A stretch of 64,000 bases of DNA from Gammaproteobacteria bacterium (GCA_028293745.1 JAQGOF010000248.1:4177-68176), one strand, 5' to 3'; shown: positions 26,461-38,281, numbered from the stretch's first letter. The notes: a model not told the origin generated them from the sequence alone. Numbers and translations are program-made.

Positions 26461-27600
26461 ATGATTTACGAGGAAGTCACAACCGGTTCACGCACGCGAC
26501 GCACCCTCACGGGAGCTGCGCGCGTGCTGTTTGCACTGAAGCTCGATGGGCCCCTGATCATTGGGCTCGCCCTGGTTGCCGTGTACGGGCTGATCATTCT
26601 GTACAGCGCATCGGGCCAGAGCGCGCCAACGATATATCGAACCCTCGGGCGCCTGGCGCTGGGCACTATTGCGATGTTGGTGCTTGCCCAGGTCAATCCC
26701 AATTTCCTGCGCCGGACCTCTCCGTGGCTGTATGCCATTGGCGTCTTCCTGCTATTCATCGTGTACGGCATGGGACACATCGGCAAAGGCGCGCAACGCT
26801 GGCTCGATCTCGGGATCATCCGCTTCCAGCCCTCGGAGCTGATGAAGCTCGCCGTACCGATGACGGTAGCGTGGTTTCTGCACGACCGTGCCCTGCCACC
26901 GCGCTGGCCGACATTGTTACTTCTGACCGCCATGATTCTGCTGCCGGTGGGTCTCGTCGCAATCCAGCCCGACCTCGGCACCGCCGCGTTGATTGCAATC
27001 GCTGGCGCGCTGGTCATCGTCATGGCAGGTTTGTCAGTGCGTATCATGGGCGGCCTCATGGCCGTCGGTGTCGCCGGCGCTTGGTTCGGCTGGAATTTCA
27101 TGCACGACTACCAGCGCAAGCGCGTGCTGACATTCCTCGATCCACAAACCGACCCACTGGGGGCCGGCTACCACATCATTCAATCGCAGATCGCGATAGG
27201 ATCCGGCGGTGTGTTCGGCAAGGGCTGGATGAACGGCAGCCAGGCACAACTCGAGTTACTGCCGGAACGCTCCACGGACTTCATCTTCGCGGTCGTCGGC
27301 GAGGAGTTCGGGCTGCTCGGCCAGGGTTTGCTGCTGCTGCTCTACCTGTTCGTCGTCAGCCGCGCGCTGTACCTCTCGACGCAGACCCAGGACACCTTTG
27401 CGCGACTGGTCGCCGGAAGCCTGGCACTTACCTTTTTTGTCTATGTCTTTATCAATGCCGGCATGGTCAGCGGGCTGCTGCCGGTGGTCGGTGTGCCGCT
27501 ACCGCTGGTCAGTTATGGAGGGACCTCCGTGGTGACCCTTCTGGCCGGCTTCGGTATTCTGATGGCACTGTATTCGCACAGGAAATTAGTAAGCTCGTAG
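26461..27600 (+). CDS. rodA: SEDS peptidoglycan polymerase RodA
   Basis: 379 aa with ~10 TM and SEDS motifs (RFQPSELMKL, LPLVSYGGTS). Confidence 0.92.
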   Translation: MIYEEVTTGSRTRRTLTGAARVLFALKLDGPLIIGLALVAVYGLIILYSASGQSAPTIYRTLGRLALGTIAMLVLAQVNPNFLRRTSPWLYAIGVFLLFIVYGMGHIGKGAQRWLDLGIIRFQPSELMKLAVPMTVAWFLHDRALPPRWPTLLLLTAMILLPVGLVAIQPDLGTAALIAIAGALVIVMAGLSVRIMGGLMAVGVAGAWFGWNFMHDYQRKRVLTFLDPQTDPLGAGYHIIQSQIAIGSGGVFGKGWMNGSQAQLELLPERSTDFIFAVVGEEFGLLGQGLLLLLYLFVVSRALYLSTQTQDTFARLVAGSLALTFFVYVFINAGMVSGLLPVVGVPLPLVSYGGTSVVTLLAGFGILMALYSHRKLVSS

Positions 27601-28634
27601 TGACTTCCCGACGCACCTGCCTCCTAGTCCTGACGCTGCTGCTCGTTGCACCTGCGAGTGCGCGGCACAAGCCCGTGCAACAGCCGAAATTCGATCTCAA
27701 GCGCCCCGAAATCGTCGCGTTCGTGAACGATGTAGTGGCACGCGACCAACTGAAGAAGAAACAGGTGCTCGCGCTGCTGCGCAAAGGCGAGCCGCAACCC
27801 AAAATCATCGAGGCCATGACGCGGCCCGCCGAAAAAGTGGCCCCCTGGTGGGAGTATCACGACCGCTTCCTCACGGAGGAACGGATCTCGCAGGGCGCGC
27901 AGTTCTATGTCGAGCATCGCGAGTCGCTCGAGCGGATCGCCAGTGCGCGGGGGGTTCCGCCGGAGTATCTCGTTGCGATCATGGGCGTCGAGACAAAGTA
28001 TGGCCGCGTGAACGGTCATTATCGTGTGCTCGACGCGCTGATGACGCTCTCATTCGACTACCCGCCACGCAGCGATTATTTCCGTGGCGAGCTCGAGCAA
28101 TTCCTGCTGCTCTACCCCGAAGAACATATCGACCCTCTCAAGGTCACCGGCTCGTACGCCGGCGCCATGGGTGTGCCGCAGTTCATGCCCTCCAGTTACC
28201 GGCTGTTCGCCGTAGATGGTAATGAGGACCAGAAGCGCGATCTGTGGAACGACTGGGATGACATCCTGGCCAGCATCGCGAACTATTTCGTCGAGCACGG
28301 GTGGGAGGCCGGTGGCCCCGTGCTGGCGGAAACCAAGCTCGATCCCGAGCCGAAGTTCCAGATCGACACCCGCAATCTCGAATTGAACGAGACCGTGGAG
28401 AGCTTGAACGCCCAAGGCGTCGCGATCCTGGGAGACCAGAGCGGCACGACACCCGTCGTACTCGTCTCGGCCGAACAACAGGATGGGCCTGCGTACCGGG
28501 TTGGCTTCAAGAACTTCTATGTCATCACGCGCTACAATCGCAGCGCGCGCTACGCGATGGCGGTCCATGATCTGGCGGAAGCGATCATCCAGCGAGTCAA
28601 CTCCGGTCAAACGCTAGAGGCTGCGCGGCCTTGA
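27600..28634 (+). CDS. mltB: Lytic murein transglycosylase B
   Basis: In-frame GTG at 27600 shares one nt with the rodA stop (taGTG). Signal peptide (M)TSRRTCLLVLTLLLVAPASA. Catalytic region AIMGVETKYGR and SYAGAMGVPQFMPSS. The 5' part of track ORF 26724..28634 is an out-of-frame overlap of rodA. Confidence 0.85.
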   Translation: MTSRRTCLLVLTLLLVAPASARHKPVQQPKFDLKRPEIVAFVNDVVARDQLKKKQVLALLRKGEPQPKIIEAMTRPAEKVAPWWEYHDRFLTEERISQGAQFYVEHRESLERIASARGVPPEYLVAIMGVETKYGRVNGHYRVLDALMTLSFDYPPRSDYFRGELEQFLLLYPEEHIDPLKVTGSYAGAMGVPQFMPSSYRLFAVDGNEDQKRDLWNDWDDILASIANYFVEHGWEAGGPVLAETKLDPEPKFQIDTRNLELNETVESLNAQGVAILGDQSGTTPVVLVSAEQQDGPAYRVGFKNFYVITRYNRSARYAMAVHDLAEAIIQRVNSGQTLEAARP

Positions 28635-29446
28635 GGCCCTGCCTGCCAGCCCGGCTCGTGGCGGCAGCCTGCATCTGCGGATGGGTGCTCGCCGGCTGCT
28701 CGATCGCCGGCAGGAAAGGCGCACCTGCGCCCACACCCGAGATAGTCCCGCCTCCACCGGCGAATGTTGATTCGACCCCCGATGCGATACCGCGCCGCGA
28801 GCCGCGCAGTGCTCATGGCAACCCACCCTTCTACAAAGTCCTAGGCAAGCGCTACGTAGTCCTGGCTACCGCCGACGGGTACCTCGAACGGGGCGTCGCC
28901 TCCTGGTACGGACCCACGTTCCACGGAGAAAGCACCTCGAACGGCGAGAAGTACAACATGTACGGCATGACCGCGGCCCACAAGACACTGCCGCTGCCGA
29001 CGTACGCGCGCGTAACCAATCTGAAGAACGGGCGCAGCATCGTCGTCAGAATCAACGACCGCGGCCCGTTCGTATCCAATCGGCTAATCGATCTCTCTTA
29101 CTCTGCCGCAGCGAAGCTCGACATGCTCAAAGAAGGGACGACCTTGGTGGAGGTCAAAGCTCTCACGGTGCAGGAGCCTGACGAGCTGACTCGCTCGGCG
29201 GAGCTTCCGCCACCCTCACTCTATATCCAGGCCGGTGCCTTCTCCGACCAGCGCAATGCGCAACGCGTGTTGGACCGCTTGCATACGGGGGGCCTGTCCA
29301 GTGCATTCATCCTCGCCCCACCGGATGGCCAGCCACTCCTGTACCGCGTCCGCCTGGGCCCCATCAGCAGCGTCCCCGAGTTCGATCAGCTCGCCGCCAA
29401 ACTGAAGGCACTCGGCTACCCCGATGCGCGCCTGGCGACGGATTGA
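28631..29446 (+). CDS. rlpA: Septal ring lytic transglycosylase RlpA (DPBB + SPOR)
   Basis: TTG start overlaps the mltB stop (TTGA). Lipobox VLAGC. DPBB motif ASWYGPTFHGESTSNGEKYNMYGMTAAHKTLPLPTYARVTNL...INDRGPF. C-terminal SPOR-like region YIQAGAFSDQRNAQRV. Confidence 0.85.
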   Translation: MRPCLPARLVAAACICGWVLAGCSIAGRKGAPAPTPEIVPPPPANVDSTPDAIPRREPRSAHGNPPFYKVLGKRYVVLATADGYLERGVASWYGPTFHGESTSNGEKYNMYGMTAAHKTLPLPTYARVTNLKNGRSIVVRINDRGPFVSNRLIDLSYSAAAKLDMLKEGTTLVEVKALTVQEPDELTRSAELPPPSLYIQAGAFSDQRNAQRVLDRLHTGGLSSAFILAPPDGQPLLYRVRLGPISSVPEFDQLAAKLKALGYPDARLATD

Positions 29447-29510
29447 GTAACTCGGGCAAGTTCAAGCTAGAATCGTGGATTCAACTTTTTCCCTCGGGGG
29501 ATCTCATCGG

Positions 29511-30671
29511 ATGTTGTGCTCGTCCTATCTCGCATTATTGACGGCTGTGGTTGCCGTGGCCCTGGGCGCGGCAGGCGGCCCGGTCCGTGCTGCAGTGCCA
29601 ATTCCCAAGGCGCCCGATGTCAACGCCAAAGCCTACATCCTGGTCGATCACTTCAGCGGGCGCGTCCTGGCGCAGGATCACGCCGACGACCGCGAGGAGC
29701 CGGCGAGTCTCACGAAGCTGATGACCTCTTATGCGGTCTTCAAGGCGCTGAGGGAAAACCGGTTGAAGCTCACCGACCCGGTCACCATCAGCGAGCACGC
29801 GTGGCGCTCGGAAGGCTCGCGTACCTTCGTACAGGTAGGCAGCACAGTCCCTGCAGAAGTGCTCATCAAGGGAATGATCGTGCAGTCCGGCAACGACGCC
29901 ACCATCGCCCTTGCCGAGAAGATCGGTGGCACCGAAGCCGCCTTCGCACAACTCATGAACGAATACGCCAAGCGTTTGGGGATGAAGGCAACCAACTTCG
30001 TCAACAGCGACGGCCTGCCCGCGGCGGATCACTACACGACGGCCCGCGACATGGCGATTCTCGCGAACGCGCTCATCATCGAGTTTCCCGATTACTACCA
30101 GTGGTACAGCCTGCGCGAGTTCACCTGGAACAACATCACTCAGCACAACCGTAACGGCCTGCTGCTCCGTGATCCTACGGTCGATGGGATGAAGACGGGC
30201 CACACGGACAGCGCGGGCTTCTGTCTCGTTACATCTGCCAAGCGCGACGGAATGCGGCTGGTGTCGGTCGTGATGGGCTCAGCGAGCATCAAGGCGCGCG
30301 AGGACGCGAGCGCCGCCCTGCTCAACTACGGCTATACCTTCTATGAAACCGCGAAAGTGAAATCAGCCGGCGAAGTTCTGTTGAAACCGCGCGTATACAA
30401 GTCAGCGGATGAGTACGTGACACTGGCCGTTCCCCGCGACATCGTCCTGACCGTCGGCCGGGGACAGATTGCTTCGCTCAAAAGCACGGCGCATCTGTTC
30501 AAGGAGCCCTTGATTGCACCGCTGACGGCCAACCAGGCCATTGGCGAGCTCACGATCAGCGACCCGGCGGGTGAAGTCGTTTCACGCGTGCCCCTGATGC
30601 CGGGCAAGCCTGTGCCGGAGGCAGGACTGTGGACCCGCGCAACTGACAGCGTCCGATTGTGGTTCAATTAG
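29511..30671 (+). CDS. dacA: D-alanyl-D-alanine carboxypeptidase (PBP5/6 class)
   Basis: ATG 29511 preceded by GGGGGA. Signal peptide, SxxK (ASLTKLM), SxN (QSGND) and KTG (MKTGHT). The symbol is a class-level guess (dacA/dacC). Confidence 0.88.
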   Translation: MLCSSYLALLTAVVAVALGAAGGPVRAAVPIPKAPDVNAKAYILVDHFSGRVLAQDHADDREEPASLTKLMTSYAVFKALRENRLKLTDPVTISEHAWRSEGSRTFVQVGSTVPAEVLIKGMIVQSGNDATIALAEKIGGTEAAFAQLMNEYAKRLGMKATNFVNSDGLPAADHYTTARDMAILANALIIEFPDYYQWYSLREFTWNNITQHNRNGLLLRDPTVDGMKTGHTDSAGFCLVTSAKRDGMRLVSVVMGSASIKAREDASAALLNYGYTFYETAKVKSAGEVLLKPRVYKSADEYVTLAVPRDIVLTVGRGQIASLKSTAHLFKEPLIAPLTANQAIGELTISDPAGEVVSRVPLMPGKPVPEAGLWTRATDSVRLWFN

Positions 30672-30677
30672 GCTCTC

Positions 30678-31550
30678 ATGGCCGATCCTCTTCCCATCAG
30701 TTATCTGAATGGCGCGTTCGTGCCTCTAAGCGAGGCACGCATCTCGCCGCTCGACCGCGGGTTTCTCTATGGCGACGGTGTCTACGAGGTCATGCCCGTC
30801 TATGCCGGGCGACCATTCCGCTTCGAAGCGCACGCTGCGCGGCTGACGCGCAGTCTCGCCGCGATCAAGATGGAAGATCCGCACACGCGAGCCGAGTGGC
30901 GTGAGCTGTTTTCGACCTTGATCACACGCAACGGCGGAGGTGATCAGTACGTCTATTGGCAAGTCACCCGCGGCGCCGAGTTCGGCAGAAATCACGCACC
31001 ACTGCCCAACATCCCGCGTACCGTGTTTGCTTTCTGCGCCCCGCTGCCGGTCACACCGGCGACGACTTTCGAGAACGGGGTCGAATGTGTTACCGCGCAG
31101 GACACGCGCTGGGCCCGGTGCGATATCAAGTCAGTGTCGCTGCTTGCCAATATTCTTCTGCGCCAATTGGCCGTCGATGCCCATGCCGCCGAAACCATTC
31201 TGCTGCGAGACGGCGAGTTGATGGAAGCTTCCGCCTCGGCCGTACACGTCGTACTCGGCGGGGTCATCGTAAGCCCTCCCAACTCGCGCAAGATACTTCC
31301 AGGCACCACGCGAACGGCGATGGAGGAAGTGGCTACGATTGCAGGTGTCCCATACAAATCGGCTTCGGTCAGCGAGCAGCAGCTGCGAACTGCTGACGAG
31401 ATCTGGATCTCAGCCTCCACCCGCGAAGTACAGCCAGTGACCAAACTCGACGGCAAACCGGTCGGCACGGGCAAGCCGGGCCCGGTCTGGCGACGCATTC
31501 ACGAGCAGTGGCAGCATTACAAACGCGAGCTCACGGGGCAGCCATGGTAG
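30678..31550 (+). CDS. dat: Class IV (D-amino-acid) aminotransferase
   Basis: 290 aa with DRGFLYGDGVYEV and RWARCDIKSVSLLANIL patterns typical of D-alanine aminotransferases. Confidence 0.75.
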   Translation: MADPLPISYLNGAFVPLSEARISPLDRGFLYGDGVYEVMPVYAGRPFRFEAHAARLTRSLAAIKMEDPHTRAEWRELFSTLITRNGGGDQYVYWQVTRGAEFGRNHAPLPNIPRTVFAFCAPLPVTPATTFENGVECVTAQDTRWARCDIKSVSLLANILLRQLAVDAHAAETILLRDGELMEASASAVHVVLGGVIVSPPNSRKILPGTTRTAMEEVATIAGVPYKSASVSEQQLRTADEIWISASTREVQPVTKLDGKPVGTGKPGPVWRRIHEQWQHYKRELTGQPW

Positions 31551-31822
31551 ATCAGCCACCCGATCAGCAGTCACTGCTGCAGTACCCAACCGACTACCCC
31601 ATCAAGGTAGTCGGGCGGCCTTCGGGCGAGTTCCGCGCCCGCGTGCATGCGACCATGCTGAGGCATGCGCCCAAGCTGGATCCCGACAGGGTCAGCGAAC
31701 GCCTGAGCGAGAACGGCAATTTCCTGTCGATCTCGTATGTGATCGTGGCCGAGAGCAGCGAGCAGGTCATCGCCCTGGTGAACGATCTGAAGGCCACCGA
31801 AGGCGTGCTGACGATCATCTAA
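31544..31822 (+). CDS. ybeD: DUF493 family protein YbeD
   Basis: ORF trimmed to ATG 31544 (overlaps the dat stop, ATGGTAG). 92 aa with YPTDYPIKVVGR. Canonical position after the dac gene. Confidence 0.8.
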   Translation: MVDQPPDQQSLLQYPTDYPIKVVGRPSGEFRARVHATMLRHAPKLDPDRVSERLSENGNFLSISYVIVAESSEQVIALVNDLKATEGVLTII

Positions 31823-31864
31823 TTACCGGCGCCGCCCGGGCTCCAATTACCGGGGTTGCCCGGG
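31821..31864. repeat. Two 20-nt direct repeats AATTACCGGnGnnGCCCGGG (period 24 nt), immediately after the ybeD stop
   Basis: aattaccggcgccgcccggg (31821-40) and aattaccggggttgcccggg (31845-64), read directly. Followed by two CTGATTrTCA copies at 31867 and 31906. Confidence 0.6.
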
Positions 31865-31978
31865 GTCTGATTATCAGGACCTAACTATTCGGCCTGGTCC
31901 AGGGCCTGATTGTCACCGTTTTATAACCGATCAGCTTGGTAGCATGGCTTCCTTTTTGGGTTCGAAAATTCCAAGAAC

Positions 31979-33784
<1,806 letters not shown>

Positions 33785-33787
33785 CCT

Positions 33788-34627
33788 ATGGCTGCCATTA
33801 AACAACCTAGTGTGCTTCCTGGATTTGGGTTGACGTTCGGCTTCACGACCTTCTTTCTCAGCGCCGTCGTGTTGATTCCGCTGGCAGCGCTGGTGCTCAT
33901 GGCTGCCTCCATGACCTGGCATGACTTCGTGCGCGTTGTGTTCAGTGCACGTGCGATGGGGTCATACCGGCTATCGTTTGGCGCGTCATTCCTGGCCGCA
34001 TCGATCAATCTCGTATTCGGATTCATCATCGCCTGGACGCTGGTGCGCTATGAATTTCCGGGCCGGAAGTTGATCGACGCCCTGATCGATATGCCCTTCG
34101 CTCTTCCGACTGCCGTATCCGGTATCGCGCTGACCACCGTTTTCGCAGAGAACGGCTGGATCGGACAGTATCTGCAGCCGCTGGGAATCAAGGTGGCTTA
34201 TACGTGGATCGGCGTCACGGTCGCGTTGACACTGATAGGCCTGCCGTTCGCCGTACGATCGGTGCAACCGGCCCTGTTGGAAGTGCAACGTGATCTCGAG
34301 GACGCAGCAGAAACCCTGGGTGCCGGACGACTATACGTCTTCCGCCGAATCATCCTTCCGACCGTACTGCCTGCGCTGCTGACGGGTTTCACCCTCGCCT
34401 TCGCACGCGCTGTCGGCGAATATGGCTCCGTCATTTTCATCGCGGGCAACCTACCGATGAAAACCGAGATAACACCGTTGCTGATCGTCATCCGCCTGGA
34501 GGAATTCGACTACAAGGGCGCTGCCGCCCTTGGCTTCGTCATGCTCGTCATCTCCTTCGTCGTCCTGCTCATGATCAACCTGTTGCAGGCTTGGGGACGG
34601 CGCCGGATCGTTGCGGGGGCGCGCTGA
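33788..34627 (+). CDS. cysT: Sulfate ABC transporter permease CysT
   Basis: 279 aa, 6 TM, EAA loop LEDAAETLGAGRLYVFRRIILP. Confidence 0.9.
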   Translation: MAAIKQPSVLPGFGLTFGFTTFFLSAVVLIPLAALVLMAASMTWHDFVRVVFSARAMGSYRLSFGASFLAASINLVFGFIIAWTLVRYEFPGRKLIDALIDMPFALPTAVSGIALTTVFAENGWIGQYLQPLGIKVAYTWIGVTVALTLIGLPFAVRSVQPALLEVQRDLEDAAETLGAGRLYVFRRIILPTVLPALLTGFTLAFARAVGEYGSVIFIAGNLPMKTEITPLLIVIRLEEFDYKGAAALGFVMLVISFVVLLMINLLQAWGRRRIVAGAR

Positions 34628-35496
34628 TGGCCGCTGGGGCTCAAAGCGCTTCGCTGGACGACGTATCGACCCGTCCGGGCCGCGACACGATCGTGAGCTC
34701 GATCGTGCGATGGACATTCATCAGCCTGTCGCTGCTGTTTCTTGCCGCCCTATTGTTTGCGCCTCTGGCTACCGTGTTCGTCATGGCCTTCGAGAAGGGC
34801 TGGCGGGCGTACGTGCACAGCTTCGCCGATCCCGATACCGCCGCAGCCATCAGACTCACACTGATCACCGCGCTGGTAGTGGTTCCCCTCAATACGGTGT
34901 TCGGACTCGCTGCGTCATGGGCAATAGCGAAGTTCGAATTCCGCGGTAAGAGCTTTCTGATCACCTTGATCGATCTGCCGCTCGCCATCTCTCCAGTCAT
35001 CTCGGGCATGGTGTACGTGCTTCTGTTCGGATTGCACGGCTGGTTCGGCGTCTGGCTGCAGGAACACGACATCAGCGTAATCTTCGCGTTGCCCGGCATC
35101 ATCCTGGCAACCATGTTCGTGACTTTCCCCTACGTGGCCCGCGAGCTCATTCCCCTGATGCAGCAACTGGGCAACGACGAAGAGGAAGCGGCCATCACGC
35201 TGGGTGCCGGTGGATGGATTACCTTCTTCCGCGTGACCTTGCCGAAGGTACGCTGGGGACTCGTATACGGTGTAATTCTCTGTAACGCTCGGGCAATGGG
35301 TGAATTTGGCGCAGTATCGGTGGTTTCGGGCCATATCAGAGGCCTGACGAACACGATGCCGCTGCACATAGAAATTCTCTACAACGAATACAACTTCGTG
35401 GGTGCTTTTGCGGTCGCATCGCTTCTCACCCTGCTGGCAGTGGCGACGCTCGTAGTGAAAACCCTGGTAGAACGAACGGGCTATCGACGGCGATGA
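34627..35496 (+). CDS. cysW: Sulfate ABC transporter permease CysW
   Basis: ORF trimmed to ATG 34627 (TGATG overlap with the cysT stop). EAA loop EEEAAITLGAGGWITFFRVTLP. Confidence 0.9.
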   Translation: MAAGAQSASLDDVSTRPGRDTIVSSIVRWTFISLSLLFLAALLFAPLATVFVMAFEKGWRAYVHSFADPDTAAAIRLTLITALVVVPLNTVFGLAASWAIAKFEFRGKSFLITLIDLPLAISPVISGMVYVLLFGLHGWFGVWLQEHDISVIFALPGIILATMFVTFPYVARELIPLMQQLGNDEEEAAITLGAGGWITFFRVTLPKVRWGLVYGVILCNARAMGEFGAVSVVSGHIRGLTNTMPLHIEILYNEYNFVGAFAVASLLTLLAVATLVVKTLVERTGYRRR

Positions 35497-37610
35497 TGGA
35501 CTCGATGCTGGAGCGCATCAGAGCAATATGGGCCAGGCTGCGCCCGGATCCCTCGAAGACGAGCCTCGGATGGTGGATGGTCGCCATCCACGTTGCCATC
35601 GTTCTCCTGGTAGGTGGCGGTATCTCTTACTCCGCGATCCGGATGCTCCACGACCTAGCCGACGAGCAAGGGAAGGCCCGCGCGCAGCTTGCGGGAGCGA
35701 TGGCACGCGAGGATATACGGCGAAGCGCAGAAGACGCGCTCACTGCGGCCCGCGCTCTCGCTGAGCGCCCGACTCTTCAGAGGTTGCTCACCGAGGGACG
35801 GACTGACGCCATCGCACCGCTGCTGCGTCGTTCCTGCGAAGCAGCCGGCGTCGACGCATGCGCAGTGTTCACTGGAACTCAACTCATCGCCCAGAGCGGC
35901 CCGTCCCTCGATTGGGATGGGATCGTCACATCGAGCACCGAACAGGGCGCGACGTTTCTAGCATTGCCTGCGAACATCCGGATTCCAGTGCTCGGCGCCT
36001 ACGCCAAACTCGGCGATGCTGAAGGGACGCACGTCTACGTCGTTCGGCTGCTGAACGAGAAATTCGAAAGGACGCTGAGCCAGCGGGTCGGTCTTGAAAT
36101 CAAGATCATCGACTACCGTTCGTTCACGAACGATCCGGTCAACGCGTTCACTCCGCTCTACTCGGCAAGTCTCGCCGACGGCCGCTCCGCTGTTCAACGT
36201 ATCGACTCGAAAGGCATCTATGCCTCCAGCGTTCCCGTTTTTGCTTCGACGGGTGAGGCTATCGCTCTGGTCGAGGCGCTCCTGCCAACGACAGCGATCG
36301 ACAGCTCGGCCGGTCGCCTGATCCGCAAGCTGGTCGTAACAGCACTCATCCTCGCAGCCCTCGCCGTGTTCGGCGGGCTCATCCTGACTGAGTTGGTCGC
36401 AGGTCCCGTGAAAGCACTGACAGAAGCGGCTGTGCGATTGGGGCAGGGAGATTTCTCAACATCCATCCCACCCGGCGGTGCGGCCGAGGTGGGTATGCTG
36501 GCGAGAACGATGGAGGACATGCGCCGCAATCTCGTCGATCTGACAGGTACTTTGCGTCGGCGCGAGGCGGAGGCACAAGCCGTACTCGGCGGTGTGGTCG
36601 AGGGCGTCTATGCCGTCGATAAGAATCGCATGATCCGCTATCTCAACCCGCAAGCCGCCCGGCTGTTGAATGTGACACCGGAGCAGGCCGTGGGCCAGTT
36701 CTGCGGCGATATTCTCAAGCCGCGCCTCGAGGAAGGCCGGCGTCCCTGCGATTTCCGCTGCCCGATTCTGCAAGCAAGGATCGATCGGAGCGCCAAGGCG
36801 ATCGAGCACCTTCAGGTGTCGGACGCGGAGCCACGCACGACGGTCATCACGAGTTCCGGAATGGTCGACGGGCTTCAGGTCCAGGTGATTCGCGACGAGA
36901 CAGAGCTCGAAGCCGTGCGCCGCGCCCGCGATTCCGTCCTGGCCAACATTTCGCACGAATTCCGCACCCCGCTCGCGGCGCAGCTGGCCTCCATCGAGCT
37001 GCTGATAGAAGGGCTGTCGACCCTGCAGCCCGAACAGCAGCACGAGCTGGTGCGCTCCCTCGAGCGCGGTACTTTGCGTTTGACACGATTGATCGACAAT
37101 CTGCTGGAGAGCGTTCGCATCGAATCTGGTCAGCTCGGCATCCGGCATCAGAGCGTGGAGCTCGCCGAGGTCGTCGAGGACGCGCAGGCGTTGGTCGGTT
37201 CACTCCTGACGCTACGTCGCCAGACTCTGGAAGTGACGCTTCCCGAGGACCTCCCGCTGATCGAGGGCGACAAGCCGCGACTCACGCAGGTGTTCGTCAA
37301 TCTGTTGGCCAACGCCAATAAATTCGCCCCAGAGGGGAGTGTTGTACGGATCGGAGCGGAAGCTCACGATACCCGGGTACTGTGCTGGGTCGAAGACGAG
37401 GGCCCGGGCCCGGCGGCGGCCGAAACCGATACAATCTTCGCCCGCTTCCAGCGCGGGTCCGAGGAAGAGCCCGAACCCGGAGGGCTGGGACTTGGATTGT
37501 GGATTGTAAAATCCATCATCGACCGCCATGCCGGTACCATCACGCTGGTCCGCACCGATCAGGGACGGACCCGGTTCACTCTTTCCTTGCCACGGGAGCC
37601 CGCCGAATGA
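35493..37610 (+). CDS. Sensor histidine kinase (large periplasmic domain-HAMP-PAS-HisKA-HATPase)
   Basis: ATG overlaps the cysW stop (ATGATG). TM1 at about aa 25-47, a ~230-aa periplasmic domain, TM2 at about aa 278-300. H-box SHEFRTPL, N-box NLLANANKF and G-box GGLGLGLWIV. Confidence 0.9.
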   Translation: MMDSMLERIRAIWARLRPDPSKTSLGWWMVAIHVAIVLLVGGGISYSAIRMLHDLADEQGKARAQLAGAMAREDIRRSAEDALTAARALAERPTLQRLLTEGRTDAIAPLLRRSCEAAGVDACAVFTGTQLIAQSGPSLDWDGIVTSSTEQGATFLALPANIRIPVLGAYAKLGDAEGTHVYVVRLLNEKFERTLSQRVGLEIKIIDYRSFTNDPVNAFTPLYSASLADGRSAVQRIDSKGIYASSVPVFASTGEAIALVEALLPTTAIDSSAGRLIRKLVVTALILAALAVFGGLILTELVAGPVKALTEAAVRLGQGDFSTSIPPGGAAEVGMLARTMEDMRRNLVDLTGTLRRREAEAQAVLGGVVEGVYAVDKNRMIRYLNPQAARLLNVTPEQAVGQFCGDILKPRLEEGRRPCDFRCPILQARIDRSAKAIEHLQVSDAEPRTTVITSSGMVDGLQVQVIRDETELEAVRRARDSVLANISHEFRTPLAAQLASIELLIEGLSTLQPEQQHELVRSLERGTLRLTRLIDNLLESVRIESGQLGIRHQSVELAEVVEDAQALVGSLLTLRRQTLEVTLPEDLPLIEGDKPRLTQVFVNLLANANKFAPEGSVVRIGAEAHDTRVLCWVEDEGPGPAAAETDTIFARFQRGSEEEPEPGGLGLGLWIVKSIIDRHAGTITLVRTDQGRTRFTLSLPREPAE

Positions 37611-38281
37611 AAATGCTCGTCGCGGACGATGATCGCGACCTGCGCGAGTTGATCGGATTTACCCTCACGCAGGCTGGCTATCTCGTCGTCAAGGCCGGCG
37701 ACGGCCCCGCCGCTCTGCGCATGTTCGAGGCGGAGTCCCCGGATCTCGTCGTGCTCGACATCAACATGCCGGGAGCCAGCGGCTTCCAGGTCTGCGAAGC
37801 CATTCGCAAGCGCTCGCGCGTGCCCGTCATCATGCTCACTGTCCGCGGCGAGGAAGAGGATCTCGTGCGCGCGCTGGAACTGGGTGCCGACGATTACCTC
37901 ACCAAGCCGTTCAGCCCTCGTACTCTGCTGGCGCGAATCAAGGCGCTGTTGCGGCGAGCGGGCATGGAGAATTCTGCGCCCCTCGCGGCGGGCCGTGTGA
38001 CACTGGACATCGACGAGCATACCGTACGAATCGGTACGGCCCAGCCGGTACGGCTCACCAAGCTCGAGTTGCGACTGCTGCAAATGCTGTTGGCCAACGC
38101 CGGCCACACTGTCAGCACCGACCGGCTGCTGATCCAGGTCTGGGGACACCGCAACTCCGCTGACCGGCAGCTCCTGAAGCAGCTGGTGCACCGCCTGCGC
38201 CAGAAGATCGAGGTCGATCCCGCCACGCCCCAGCTACTGCAGACCGCCTCCGGAGCGGGTTACAAACTCGTGGTGGAATAA
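37607..38281 (+). CDS. OmpR/PhoB-family response regulator
   Basis: ATG 37607 overlaps the kinase stop (ATGA). Receiver domain (MKMLVADDD...VVLDINMPG) and winged-helix output (LTKLELRLLQMLLANAGHTVSTDRLLIQVWG). 224 aa. Confidence 0.9.
   Translation: MKMLVADDDRDLRELIGFTLTQAGYLVVKAGDGPAALRMFEAESPDLVVLDINMPGASGFQVCEAIRKRSRVPVIMLTVRGEEEDLVRALELGADDYLTKPFSPRTLLARIKALLRRAGMENSAPLAAGRVTLDIDEHTVRIGTAQPVRLTKLELRLLQMLLANAGHTVSTDRLLIQVWGHRNSADRQLLKQLVHRLRQKIEVDPATPQLLQTASGAGYKLVVE

Noticed and set aside
26724-27599. 5' two-fifths of the 636-aa ORF 26724..28634
   Set aside because: It overlaps rodA out of frame and translates to Arg-rich nonsense. The MltB-like sequence with a signal peptide begins at GTG 27600.
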